Below are positions 1-10,010 of a DNA stretch of 30,918 nucleotides, piece after piece. Under the pieces are notes generated by a model. It was not told where the DNA came from, searched no databases, and saw nothing but the letters and a program-made list of their open reading frames with translations. This DNA comes from a virus (taxonomy: Duplodnaviria > Caudoviricetes): the IMG/VR virus record IMGVR_UViG_3300016476_001350, positions 1-30,918 of that record. The stretch is one strand, 5' to 3'. Numbering within the stretch: position 1 is the first letter of the stretch; each line of letters begins with the position of its first letter. The position numbers and the translations under genes were made by a program.

Positions 1-2
1 AT

Positions 3-611
3 AGTTTAAGCGTATCAAAAAGGACAATTGAACAATTGTCTAGAGATTTTCAAAGTAAAGTTAAAATTATAGTAAACAAAAATAATCGCGGTGCGGTGTT
101 TAATCATTATCATGCACTAAAGCACACAGATGAAAATGATATTATAATGCTAGTAGATGGTGATGATTGGCTTGTAAACAACAACACTATTTTTCATCTA
201 TATAACGATTTGTATCAACAAGGTGCAGAATTTACATATGGTAGTTGTTGGAGTCTAGTTGACAATATTCCATTAATTGCACAAAATTATCCTAGTGAAG
301 TTAAAAGAAATCGCAGCTATCGAAATCACAAATTTGCTTGGAACATGCCTTATACACATCTAAGAACATTTACTAAAAGGTTGTTTAAAGATGTAAGCGA
401 AGATAGATTTAAAGATAGCAATGGTAACTGGTTACGTGCAGGTGGTGATGGCGCACTGTTCTATGAAATGATTGAACGAGCTAATCCAGATAAAATTGTT
501 GCCGTTAAAGAAATCGTGTATAATTACAATGACCTTAATCCTTTAAATGATTATAAAGTTAACGGAGATGAGCAAACTAAAAATGCTCAAACAATTTTAA
601 ACAAAAAATGA
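3..611 (+). CDS. Glycosyltransferase family 2 (GT-A fold) protein, 5'-truncated by the window edge
   Basis: Frame is open from base 3, upstream of the TTG at 36. Motifs NKNNRGAVFN, IIMLVDGDDWL (DxD) and AGGDGAL are typical of GT2 domains. Confidence 0.8.
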   Translation, partial: SLSVSKRTIEQLSRDFQSKVKIIVNKNNRGAVFNHYHALKHTDENDIIMLVDGDDWLVNNNTIFHLYNDLYQQGAEFTYGSCWSLVDNIPLIAQNYPSEVKRNRSYRNHKFAWNMPYTHLRTFTKRLFKDVSEDRFKDSNGNWLRAGGDGALFYEMIERANPDKIVAVKEIVYNYNDLNPLNDYKVNGDEQTKNAQTILNKK

Positions 612-3151
612 AATATACCGTAATCATTCCAACAATGTGGCGTTGTCCACAAATAACGATTCCGTTTTTAGCGGAGTTAGCTGCATGTCCTCATGTTGAA
701 GAAATTATTGTGATAGACAATGATTCTTCCCGTATGCCTTCATATGTTCCTACTAAAAAAGTTACCGTATGGAGTTTTGAAAAAAACATCTACGTTAATC
801 CTGCATGGAACTTTGGTGTTAAAGAATCTAAAACAGATTTACTGTGTATCGTAAATGATGACATTGCATTTGACGTAAAAGTTTTTGAAAAACTAATTCC
901 ATATTTGACACCTGAGAACGGTGTATTTGGGTTGTGTCCAGGTGAAAAAGATTTTAATCAAATACCTGTTACTACTGGAACGATTGATATTGTTCCTTGG
1001 AATGGCGAACACACGTATGGTTTTGGGTGTCTATTCTTTTTACATAAAGCAAATTGGTTTCCAATACCAGATGGACTAGACGTTTATTACGGTGATAACT
1101 ATATTTTTGATTTACAGTTAGCAAGAGGTAAAACAAATTATCTTATTACTAACATGAAATTTAAAGGGCATTTTGCTCAAACTACAAGTGACACAAATAT
1201 TAGTGGCGGGTTCTTAGATCGCGAAACTCCCATATATCAAAGGATATCAGCAGAAATGAATAATCAAGAAATACTACAAAGAGAATACGTTGCAGCATGT
1301 AATACTATTAGTGATATTAATAAACATGTTCCAGTATTACATAGACTTGCACAAGAATGCGATAGTGTAGTTGAATTAGGTGTACGAACTGGTGTAAGCA
1401 CCAGAGCATTTTTACCCCTTAATGTTAAACTACGCAGCTATGATATAGAAGCAGATCATCGCGTGTCAGAACTATTCCTTGTTGCGAATATGCAAGGTAA
1501 AGACATGCAGTATATCATGGGGGATAGTTTAAAGATTGATATTGAACCTGCTGATATGATGTTTGTCGATACTGTACACAGTTACGAACAAGTGTCGGCT
1601 GAGCTCGCAAGACATGGACATAAGATACGCAAGTACATTGCTTTCCACGATACATTTGTATTTGGGTTAGGTCAAGAGAATGTACTAAGTGCTGTTATTG
1701 ATTATGTGATGGCAAATCCAGAATGGGAATTTTATCACTACGATACAGAAAATAATGGACTAACTGTTATTAAACGTAAGTTTGCTGTTGTATCAAATAA
1801 ATCTAATGCTCCTAAAAAAACTGTGTTGATTGCATTACCAACAAATAAAAATGTAGAGACTGATACACTTAAGAGCATTTATGATCAAATACTTCCGGAA
1901 GGTGTAGAGACTGAACTACAATTTTTCTACGGTTATCAAATTGATCAAATACGCAATTTGATTGCTGAGTGGGGTAAGCGTTATGACTACTTGTTCTGTG
2001 TTGACAGTGACATTGTGTTGCCTAACGATGCACTTGCACGTTTAATTGCCGCAGACAAAGATGTTGTTTCTGGACTTTATATACAACGTAAGCCAGGTCA
2101 TCACATTTTGGAAATTTATGAAGATACGCCAAACGGCGGCACACAAAATGCTAAGTGGGAAAATTTAAAAGGTCGTGGACTAGTTGAGATTGCTGGTTGC
2201 GGATTTGGGTGTGTACTTGTAAAAGGCGATGTATTGCGTAAGATGCCGTACCCACACTTTGTTTATCGTAGCGCATTAGATCATGCTTTTACTTTTAGTG
2301 AAGATGTTTACTTTTGTTTAGAAGCACGCAAGCATGGTTTTAAGATTTGGGCTGATACAAGTTTATTATGCGAGCATATTCATTCCATGCGTATGATAGT
2401 TGACTCCATGCCTCCACCTGTTATAACAAACACTGTTAACGAAAATCAAACACAAATTAGATCGTTAACTAAAAAAGAAACCCCATCAGAAGTACAGGTA
2501 TTAGCTAGATATCAAGAGATACAGCAAGGTATTGATTTACCTCCTGAGCACAAAGGATATCTACATATGTTAGCTACTCAACATAAAATTTATCCACGTG
2601 TAATTTATGATATTGGTTCTAGTGTTCTGCACTGGACAAGATACGCAAAACAACTTTGGCCTAATTCTAGAATTATCCCTTTCGAGGCAATGCAGTATGC
2701 AGGAAAATTTTACGAACAAAATGATATTACAGAATATGTAAACGAATTACTAACAGATCAAGATGGTAAGATTGTAAAGTTTTATCAAGATTTGTTAAAT
2801 CCAGGTGGTAACAGTTATTATCAAGAAACAACTGGCATGTTTAATGAAGATCATGCTGTAATGCGATCAGGTGTTACGTTAGATACGATTGTTGCTCAAA
2901 GAGGTTTTCCGTTCCCTGATATGATTAAAATGGATACACAAGGTTCTGAACTTGATATCCTTCGCGGTGCCCCAAATGTTCTGCGTCACGTTTACGACGT
3001 TATTGTTGAAGCACAGCATGTTGAATACAACAAAGGTGCACCAAACATCAACGAAGTTAGAAGTTTCTTAGAAGCTAATGGGTTTAGGCAAATTGCCCAC
3101 TTTGCTACTGGTAACGTTGATGGTGATTATCACTTTAAACGTATTAGGTAA
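608..3151 (+). CDS. Multidomain protein: GT2 + class I SAM methyltransferase (Methyltransf_24-like) + second GT-A domain + FkbM-family methyltransferase
   Basis: Domain 1: YTVIIPTM..IIVIDNDS..IVNDDI. Domain 2: VVELGVRTGVST..MFVDTVHSY..IAFHDT. Domain 3: YLFCVDSDIV..GCGFGCVLV..SEDVYFC. Domain 4: IYDIGS..IKMDTQGSELDILRGA. Confidence 0.8.
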   Translation: MKYTVIIPTMWRCPQITIPFLAELAACPHVEEIIVIDNDSSRMPSYVPTKKVTVWSFEKNIYVNPAWNFGVKESKTDLLCIVNDDIAFDVKVFEKLIPYLTPENGVFGLCPGEKDFNQIPVTTGTIDIVPWNGEHTYGFGCLFFLHKANWFPIPDGLDVYYGDNYIFDLQLARGKTNYLITNMKFKGHFAQTTSDTNISGGFLDRETPIYQRISAEMNNQEILQREYVAACNTISDINKHVPVLHRLAQECDSVVELGVRTGVSTRAFLPLNVKLRSYDIEADHRVSELFLVANMQGKDMQYIMGDSLKIDIEPADMMFVDTVHSYEQVSAELARHGHKIRKYIAFHDTFVFGLGQENVLSAVIDYVMANPEWEFYHYDTENNGLTVIKRKFAVVSNKSNAPKKTVLIALPTNKNVETDTLKSIYDQILPEGVETELQFFYGYQIDQIRNLIAEWGKRYDYLFCVDSDIVLPNDALARLIAADKDVVSGLYIQRKPGHHILEIYEDTPNGGTQNAKWENLKGRGLVEIAGCGFGCVLVKGDVLRKMPYPHFVYRSALDHAFTFSEDVYFCLEARKHGFKIWADTSLLCEHIHSMRMIVDSMPPPVITNTVNENQTQIRSLTKKETPSEVQVLARYQEIQQGIDLPPEHKGYLHMLATQHKIYPRVIYDIGSSVLHWTRYAKQLWPNSRIIPFEAMQYAGKFYEQNDITEYVNELLTDQDGKIVKFYQDLLNPGGNSYYQETTGMFNEDHAVMRSGVTLDTIVAQRGFPFPDMIKMDTQGSELDILRGAPNVLRHVYDVIVEAQHVEYNKGAPNINEVRSFLEANGFRQIAHFATGNVDGDYHFKRIR

Positions 3152-3706
3152 TTAAACAAGAACGCTGGAGATGATAATTTCTTCTCCAGCTTCATTTTTA
3201 ATTTTCCAAGCAATTTCCCTATTAGGACTACTTCCACTAGCTGTAACATACATTACCATGCTATTAGCTAACGGTGTTGATGGAGCAGCAGTTGCATTTT
3301 GTGTTAGAGAACTTTCTAACAAAACAGTACCTGTGCCATTTGGATCTAATACTAAGTTAGTGTTAGTAGTGACAGTGCTAATAGTGGCACCATCAATAAA
3401 AATATTCTCTACTGTTAAATTACCAATGCTGATGCCATTAGTAGTAGTGTTACCTCTTGTAGTTACTTCATCTAATGTAGTTGAAAGAGTAACATTGCCA
3501 TCTACGTTAACGTTACTACCATCAATATTTAGATAGAGCCATTTTCTTACACCATTCGTATCTGATGCCGCAATGGCATTGTCGTAAAGTGGTACACCAA
3601 GATCTGGTTCAGTATTTTCAAGATTAATAAATGAATATCTATTGGGATCTGCATTAGCTGGTGAATTTTTTTTAACTTTGCCACTAAGTCTTTGTATATT
3701 AGGCAT
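3152..3706 (-). CDS. Putative virion structural/fibre-associated protein
   Basis: T/N/G-rich. Contains TLDEVTTRGNTTTN and a partial copy of the fibre repeat (IDGATISTVTTNTNLVLDPNGTG). Last gene of the structural run. Confidence 0.6.
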   Translation of the reverse strand: MPNIQRLSGKVKKNSPANADPNRYSFINLENTEPDLGVPLYDNAIAASDTNGVRKWLYLNIDGSNVNVDGNVTLSTTLDEVTTRGNTTTNGISIGNLTVENIFIDGATISTVTTNTNLVLDPNGTGTVLLESSLTQNATAAPSTPLANSMVMYVTASGSSPNREIAWKIKNEAGEEIIISSVLV

Positions 3707-4037
3707 TTAAACTCTCCAACACGCTTAAAGTCATTTTTAATCTGCTGTTAGCACTAGCATAGGCATGTAGTGTACAGCTTTCTTCAACAACTAACTTGCC
3801 TGTTAAAACAGTTACAGCATCTTTTGTTAACACGGTAAACCCTTTAACAAGTTCAGTGTATACGCTATCTGTTCCAGTAATTGCAAATGTTACATCTGCG
3901 TTGTTTGATGCATCAACATTAGAAACTTGTGCCATCAAAATGATGGCAGTAATTCCTACTGGAGCAGTGTAGATTATCTGATCGTTAGTTGTTAAATCTA
4001 CTGTTACTGTTTTAAACGTATTAAGTGGTGTTGCCAT
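3699..4037 (-). CDS. Small beta-rich virion protein, likely paralogue of 12142-12450
   Basis: 112 aa. Shares the pattern L-T-T..(I/V)YT..G.TAI...N...V with the 102-aa ORF. Overlaps the next gene by 8 nt. Confidence 0.55.
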   Translation of the reverse strand: MATPLNTFKTVTVDLTTNDQIIYTAPVGITAIILMAQVSNVDASNNADVTFAITGTDSVYTELVKGFTVLTKDAVTVLTGKLVVEESCTLHAYASANSRLKMTLSVLESLNA

Positions 4038-4040
4038 ATT

Positions 4041-5597
4041 TTAACTCTCCAATGCTAATATGTAAGGTGTTAGTACAGCAAACAAACTTCTATCAAATGT
4101 TGTACCTGTAATTGTTCCAGTTGATCTATTAATAACTAATTCGCCACCAATTCTAAAATCACCTAGTTGATCTGTGCTAGTGAAGTATACTTGCCCAGCA
4201 CCATCTTCATCATCAACAATTTCATTTGCTTGTATTGGTACACCGCCTGCTTGTGGTAATGCAGTTGCTAAATTAGTACCTGATCCTAAATATTCAAATG
4301 TATGACTGCTTGCAGTAATTAGACTTCGTTGATAGAATGATACTGAAGTACTAGTATCTAAAATTTGTTTTAATCCAATTTCTAATGTAACAGTTGAGCT
4401 ACCACTAGATAACGGAGTAGAAGATAAAACAGTATAATAATAAGGATCACTAGCAAATTTTACTGCATCACCATAATTTGGTTTTTGAGATAAACCTGAT
4501 ATTACAATTGATTGTGTATTTGCATTATAATTACCACTTACTGTGCCACTATATAAAACAGCACTTACACCTGTAGCTTTTAATCCGTAATTACCAAAAC
4601 TTGAGTTTGAGTTAGTGATTGAACATTGGCCACCACTTTCACAAAGTACACTGATATCTGTAGCAATAGTAAAGAAAGAAACTAACTGTGCATAACCTCT
4701 ATTTTTAATATGCACACCTAAACCACCTGCATTAATTTGTGTAAATGAGTCAGTAACCATACTTCTTAAACCACTACAATGAGCGCCATCAATTCTCATA
4801 CCTGTGCCAGTAGTAGTTAAACTTGTACAATTTTGTATGTAAGGACTTCTAGTAATTGTACCAGCACTGCCGTTTGGATTGTAAGCTACAACAGCAGCAG
4901 GGCTAACATGATCTTTAAAAGTAAAACCAGTTATATAACAACCATTGTTTACATAAAACAAATCAGATGATGTGTTAGCTGGTCTAATAACAGTTGTTCT
5001 TAAGTTATCTCCAATCAATGATACGTCTGTGCCAATTGTTAAAGGATTAGTAATTGTATAATCACCGCTCTTTACGAAAATAGTTGCGCCAGTTCCAGCA
5101 GTTTGTAATGCTTTATCTATTGTAGCAAAACTTCTACCTAATGATTTACCGTCATAACTATCACTGCCGCTTTCACTAACATAGTAAACATTTGTAACAG
5201 AACCTGAATCGGTTGCTAGTACAAAATCTAAGTTAGTTGTACCTAATGTTATTGGGTTATTAGTTGTTAATTGCCAAATAGTATCCTTGTTTAGTGTACC
5301 TTCTTCAATTGGAATTTGAACACCTGAGCTAACTTTTTCGCTTGTGTCAAAATCAACTGCTCTTATCCATGTACCGTTGCTACCAGTTCCAAGAGTTCTA
5401 ACAAAGTAAACACCATTTTGTGCTTTGTTTGTTTGACTCTTAACTAACACTCTATCTCTCTTGGCAAGAGAAACACCATCAACTGTGTTAGGTGCACCAG
5501 TACTTAGGTTAGCTACATTTTCTACAGTTGCAACTCTACAACTATCTTTAAAGTCGCTATCAAGTAATTGATAACTTCTTGGTCTTGTTAATGCCAT
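4041..5597 (-). CDS. Tail fibre/spike-like protein with pectin-lyase-like beta-helix region
   Basis: N-terminal fibre domain KDSCRVAT..VDGVSL..DRVLVKSQT..QNGVY, then YYVSESGSDSYDGKS...FATIDKAL..IFVKSGDY, the usual entry motif of parallel beta-helix domains. Confidence 0.65.
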   Translation of the reverse strand: MALTRPRSYQLLDSDFKDSCRVATVENVANLSTGAPNTVDGVSLAKRDRVLVKSQTNKAQNGVYFVRTLGTGSNGTWIRAVDFDTSEKVSSGVQIPIEEGTLNKDTIWQLTTNNPITLGTTNLDFVLATDSGSVTNVYYVSESGSDSYDGKSLGRSFATIDKALQTAGTGATIFVKSGDYTITNPLTIGTDVSLIGDNLRTTVIRPANTSSDLFYVNNGCYITGFTFKDHVSPAAVVAYNPNGSAGTITRSPYIQNCTSLTTTGTGMRIDGAHCSGLRSMVTDSFTQINAGGLGVHIKNRGYAQLVSFFTIATDISVLCESGGQCSITNSNSSFGNYGLKATGVSAVLYSGTVSGNYNANTQSIVISGLSQKPNYGDAVKFASDPYYYTVLSSTPLSSGSSTVTLEIGLKQILDTSTSVSFYQRSLITASSHTFEYLGSGTNLATALPQAGGVPIQANEIVDDEDGAGQVYFTSTDQLGDFRIGGELVINRSTGTITGTTFDRSLFAVLTPYILALES

Positions 5598-8500
5598 TAA
5601 ACTCTTCCTACTACTACTTCAATTACACCTTCTGCACCATCAAAGTTTTCGAGAGCTTTGCCTATTACTGATCCATAAATTGGATTCGCTTCTGCACGTG
5701 CCTTGCCGTTGCCAGCTGATACCATCATATCACCTTTGCGAACTTGACCAACTACGCGACATGGAACACGACCTTGTAAACCGACTGCAACTGGATAATT
5801 ACCTTCTAACATGCTATTCATAGTATGAGCAGGATTAGTTGAAATAATACCTGCGACTCTAGTATCCATGTCTACCATACTAATTGTAACTTCTTCATTA
5901 CCTCCAAAACTTACAACCGTGCCTGGTGCGATTGGACTATCTGCAAGATACATTTCTGCTAAGTCAGCATTTTGTATACTTGTATTAGTTGCATAAACTG
6001 TTGCCCAACGCCCTGTTGTTGCTTTGCCAAGATTGATTGTACCATTTGATCCTGGGTAAACAGCGGCATTACTTACTTGCATAATCAAGTTACCGTTAAT
6101 AGTAACATTTGCAAGTTCTAGTTGATCATTAACTGCAATACTTGTGTTTAAATCAGTAATATCAGTTACAGTTGTAGTTGTAGTCAACAATCTAACATCA
6201 ATTGCATCGCCAACTTGTGGGGCTTCTGTAAATGTTAATGTTGTGCCACTTACACCGTATGCAGTACCTGGTATCTGTACGACACCGTTGATGCTTACTA
6301 TTATTCCTGCGCTAGTAGCATTTTCACTTAAAGTAAATGCCAATGTTGTTCCGTCACCACTGAAACTATCTGCTGTAATAGCAGTAAAGTTACCAGTTGT
6401 GTTCATCCATTCATCACCATCCCAAAACTCGTAAGTATGATTAGTTGAGTTATAGCGAAGCATACCTTCAACTTCATCGCCAGTTGGACGTTGACCTGTA
6501 GTACCTTTTGGTAATAATACTGATGTAGTAAACGCATCCATATCAAGAAGTACATTACTTGCTGGACTGTTAGTGCCAATACCAATTTGCCCAGTTGATG
6601 CTTTTACATAGAACAAGTTAGCATAACTTGCACTTACACTTGTATTACCGTTTATTATAAAGTCTGAACTATCACTGGCACTGTTTACAATTACGTAACC
6701 TGTTCCATTAGCAGTTATATTAATGTTGCCATTAGTGTTAGTTGAACTTATAGTGTTATCATCAATACGAATATTATCAGCGTTAAATTGACCAACAACA
6801 TTTGATGTGCCTGTTACAACATGTGTAGTACCATCAAATGTTAAGTTTGAACTATCCACTAATGCGTCATTTGCACCTACATAAACAACACGGTTAGTAG
6901 TTAAATCAGTTACAGCAAGTGTTGATGCAATTACTTCACCAGTACCATGTGGAGTTAAGCTAATATTATCATTGTTAGCTGTAGTGCTTATTACAGTACC
7001 ATCAACTCTAATGTTATCAATATTAAACTGACCTGTTACATTTGCAGTTCCAGTTACAGCTAATGTTGTACCATCAAATGTTAAGTTTGAACTATCCACT
7101 AATGCGTCATTTGCACCTACATAAACAACACGGTTAGTAGTTAAATCAGTTACAGCAAGTGTTGATGCAATTACTTCACCAGTACCATTTGGGGTTATAT
7201 TAATATTTCCGTTTGTATCAGTTGAACTTACTGTATTGCCATCTAATCTAATATTATCTGCATTGAATTGTCCAGCAACATTACTTGTACCAGTTACAAT
7301 TAGTGTAGTACCATCAAATGTTAAGTTTGCGCTTGTGATTAATTCTTTGTTATCACCTGAGAAGAACACCCTGTCTGCTGTTGCAGTATTGATAATAACG
7401 TTGCCAGTTCCATTTGGAGATAATGTAATGTTATCATTATTAGCAGTTGTGCTTACTGTAGTACCGTCAATCCTAATGTTATCAATATTGAATTGACCAG
7501 TTACGTTGCTTGTTCCAATAACAGCAAATACAGTTCCATTGAATGAAAGATTTGAGTTAGTTAGTAATTCTTTATTTGGCCCTGCATAGAATACTAAGTT
7601 TGCTGTAGCAGTATCAATCAATATGTTAGCTGTTGGATCAAGTAAAATATTACCAACGCTTGAACTAATTGTGTTACCATTAATTTGAATATTATCAATG
7701 TTTGCAATTGTTAAGTTGCCTAAACTTGTAATGTTTGGTTGGCTTGCACCAGTTACATTGTTAGCATATTGAACATTTAAGTTAGCAACTTCTGTTGTTG
7801 AGTTTACACTGAGTGGAGCAGTACCAGTTGATATGTTTGATATAAATGTTGCGGCTTTGATGTTACCGTATGTACCAGACATAGTTCCACCAACTGTTTC
7901 AGTTGCATCTACATAGTATTCTAATGCTTGTGTATCATTTGCCCAAACAAGTGCAGCTTGTTTATCGCTAGTTTTATAATAATGGAATATTAAACCTACA
8001 TCACGCCCATCATCTGTTGTTAGTGGAGCAAGATTAGCAGTAGTGTGTAAGTTAATTAATGAGTCTTCAACGATAAGATCATTTGTACCAACGTTTGTTG
8101 TTAAACCTTGAACTGTTAAGTTACCAATAACAGTTACGTCAGTATTGTTCATTGTAATAGCAACATTACCAGTACTTGACTTAATATCATTACCGTCAAC
8201 TTGCAAATCATTTTTAATAATTGTTGTACCTGTTGCAGCACCAATGTTAACTGCGGTTGCTGCTCCACCAACATTAAGTGTTGTGGCGTTTGCATTGAAT
8301 AGTGATGCTGAAGTTGATGTAGTAGTAATGTCGCCGCCATTAACACCTAAATCACCAGCAAGTACCATATTGGTACCATCAAACGTTAAGTTAGCTGTTG
8401 TTAATAGTTCTTTATTTGCACCTGAATAAAAAATTCTACTTGCTGTAGCTGTGTTTACAATAACGTTACCAGTGCCATCTGGTGTTACAGTAATATTACC

Positions 8501-9916
8501 ATTAGCGTTAGTTGAACTTAATGTGTTACCATCTAATCTTAAATTATCAGCATTGAATTGACCAACAACGTTTGCTGTTCCAGTAACAACTAATGTTGTG
8601 CCATCAAATGTTAAGTTTGAACTATCAACTAGTTTATCTGCACTGTTTACATATACAACTCTATTTTGAGTTAAATCAGTAACAGCTAATGTTGAAGCTA
8701 CAACAGTGCCTGTGCCATTTGGGGTAATATTAATATTACCATTCGTATTTGTTGAACTTACAGTATTGTCATCAATACGAATATTGTCGGCGTTAAATTG
8801 ACCACTTACGTTTGCAGTACCAGTAACAACTAAATTAGTACCATCAAATGTTAAGTTTGCACTTGTAGTTAATTCCTTATTATCACCTGAGAAGAAAACT
8901 CTATCTGCTGTTGCGGTATTAATAATAACATTACCAGTTCCATTTGGTGTTAGTGAAATGTTATCATTATTCGCAGTTGTACTAATAACAGTGCCGTCAA
9001 TACGAATATTGTCTACGTTTAATTGACCACTTACATTACTTGTTCCCGTAACTGTTAATACAGAACCATCAAATGTTAGATTTGCGCTATCAACAAGTGC
9101 ATCGTTTGCACCTACATAAACAACTCTATTCTGTGTTAAATCAGTTACAGCAAGTGTTGATGCAATTACTTCACCAGTGCCATTTGGAGTTATGTTAATA
9201 TTATCGTTATTTGCAAATGTTGTAATGCTTGTTCCATCAATACGAACATTATCTACATTGAGTTGACCGCTTACGTTTGCTGTACCTGTTACAACTAATG
9301 TAGTACCGTTAAATGTTAAATTAGCACTATCAACGAGTGCATCGTTTGCACCTACATAAACTATTCTATCAGTTGTTAAATCTGTTACTGCAAGTGTAGC
9401 TGCTACTACTTCACCTGAACCGTTTGGTGTAATGTTGATATTACCGTTTGAATTACTTGAACTAATTGTGTTGCCGCTAATATCAATGTTGCCTAAAGTT
9501 ATGTTAGCAACTTCCATTGCGTTAGCTTTGATATTTGCATAAGCTGTTACTGTAACAGCTCCACCGCTTTGACCATCACTTGTTGTAGTGATTGCCATCC
9601 AGCGATCATTAGTTTCATCCCATAACCAAGCAGCATTGTTACTTGTGCCACGTTCAATTAAAATACCAGCATCATTGCTTGGGGAACCAGTTTCACCTCT
9701 TGACAATACGATGACTGGATCAGCAACTAATGTGTTAGTTGTATCAACTGTAGTAGTTGTACCGTTAACTGTTAAGTTACCCGAAATAGTAAAGTCGCCT
9801 GAGTAGTTTAATGGATTAGAAAGCAATCCACCTGTAACGCTACCAGATACAAGTTTTGCACTTGCAACTACTGTAGAATCTGTAATTTGATTATTTTTAA
9901 TACGGGTAACAGCCAT
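5597..9916 (-). CDS. Long repeat-rich fibre protein (1439 aa) with C-terminal intramolecular chaperone/autocleavage (peptidase G2-like) domain
   Basis: Nine full 75-80-aa repeats carrying NL(T/S)F(D/N)G. C-terminus NADLAEMY..PGTVV..VAGIIST.PA..GLQGRVPCRVVG.V.KGD..IGKALE. Confidence 0.75.
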   Translation of the reverse strand: MAVTRIKNNQITDSTVVASAKLVSGSVTGGLLSNPLNYSGDFTISGNLTVNGTTTTVDTTNTLVADPVIVLSRGETGSPSNDAGILIERGTSNNAAWLWDETNDRWMAITTTSDGQSGGAVTVTAYANIKANAMEVANITLGNIDISGNTISSSNSNGNINITPNGSGEVVAATLAVTDLTTDRIVYVGANDALVDSANLTFNGTTLVVTGTANVSGQLNVDNVRIDGTSITTFANNDNINITPNGTGEVIASTLAVTDLTQNRVVYVGANDALVDSANLTFDGSVLTVTGTSNVSGQLNVDNIRIDGTVISTTANNDNISLTPNGTGNVIINTATADRVFFSGDNKELTTSANLTFDGTNLVVTGTANVSGQFNADNIRIDDNTVSSTNTNGNINITPNGTGTVVASTLAVTDLTQNRVVYVNSADKLVDSSNLTFDGTTLVVTGTANVVGQFNADNLRLDGNTLSSTNANGNITVTPDGTGNVIVNTATASRIFYSGANKELLTTANLTFDGTNMVLAGDLGVNGGDITTTSTSASLFNANATTLNVGGAATAVNIGAATGTTIIKNDLQVDGNDIKSSTGNVAITMNNTDVTVIGNLTVQGLTTNVGTNDLIVEDSLINLHTTANLAPLTTDDGRDVGLIFHYYKTSDKQAALVWANDTQALEYYVDATETVGGTMSGTYGNIKAATFISNISTGTAPLSVNSTTEVANLNVQYANNVTGASQPNITSLGNLTIANIDNIQINGNTISSSVGNILLDPTANILIDTATANLVFYAGPNKELLTNSNLSFNGTVFAVIGTSNVTGQFNIDNIRIDGTTVSTTANNDNITLSPNGTGNVIINTATADRVFFSGDNKELITSANLTFDGTTLIVTGTSNVAGQFNADNIRLDGNTVSSTDTNGNINITPNGTGEVIASTLAVTDLTTNRVVYVGANDALVDSSNLTFDGTTLAVTGTANVTGQFNIDNIRVDGTVISTTANNDNISLTPHGTGEVIASTLAVTDLTTNRVVYVGANDALVDSSNLTFDGTTHVVTGTSNVVGQFNADNIRIDDNTISSTNTNGNINITANGTGYVIVNSASDSSDFIINGNTSVSASYANLFYVKASTGQIGIGTNSPASNVLLDMDAFTTSVLLPKGTTGQRPTGDEVEGMLRYNSTNHTYEFWDGDEWMNTTGNFTAITADSFSGDGTTLAFTLSENATSAGIIVSINGVVQIPGTAYGVSGTTLTFTEAPQVGDAIDVRLLTTTTTVTDITDLNTSIAVNDQLELANVTINGNLIMQVSNAAVYPGSNGTINLGKATTGRWATVYATNTSIQNADLAEMYLADSPIAPGTVVSFGGNEEVTISMVDMDTRVAGIISTNPAHTMNSMLEGNYPVAVGLQGRVPCRVVGQVRKGDMMVSAGNGKARAEANPIYGSVIGKALENFDGAEGVIEVVVGRV
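6710..9480 (-). repeat. Intragenic tandem repeat array (225/240-nt units), two blocks split by a non-repeat insert; boundaries approximate
   Basis: Recurrent ccatcaaatgttaag-like DNA motif and protein unit NIRIDG.TISS...NGNI.ITPNGTG....NLTFDGT. Confidence 0.85.
6828..7188. repeat. Exact 121-nt direct repeat (6828-6948 = 7068-7188), period 240 nt
   Basis: Base-by-base identity read from the sequence. A 44-nt part recurs at 9135-9178. Confidence 0.9.
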
Positions 9917-9940
9917 TTTATATTCCTTGATTACTAGGAA

Positions 9941-9947
9941 TATTTAG
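9941..9947 (-). promoter_or_regulatory. T4-type late promoter core (CTAAATA)
   Basis: Lies 24 nt upstream of the 1439-aa gene start, followed by an AAGGA RBS. Resembles the T4 late consensus TATAAATA. Confidence 0.6.
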
Positions 9948-10010
9948 TAAAAACAGTCGTTTTTTAAAATTTGGCTATAATAGTATATTATTTGAAATTA
10001 TATACGCATA

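Noticed and set aside
6828-9178. Repeats as a CRISPR array or DGR template/variable pair
   Set aside because: Units are in-frame coding repeats of 225-240 nt with no unique spacers. The exact copy lacks adenine-specific mismatches, and no reverse transcriptase or cas gene is in the window.
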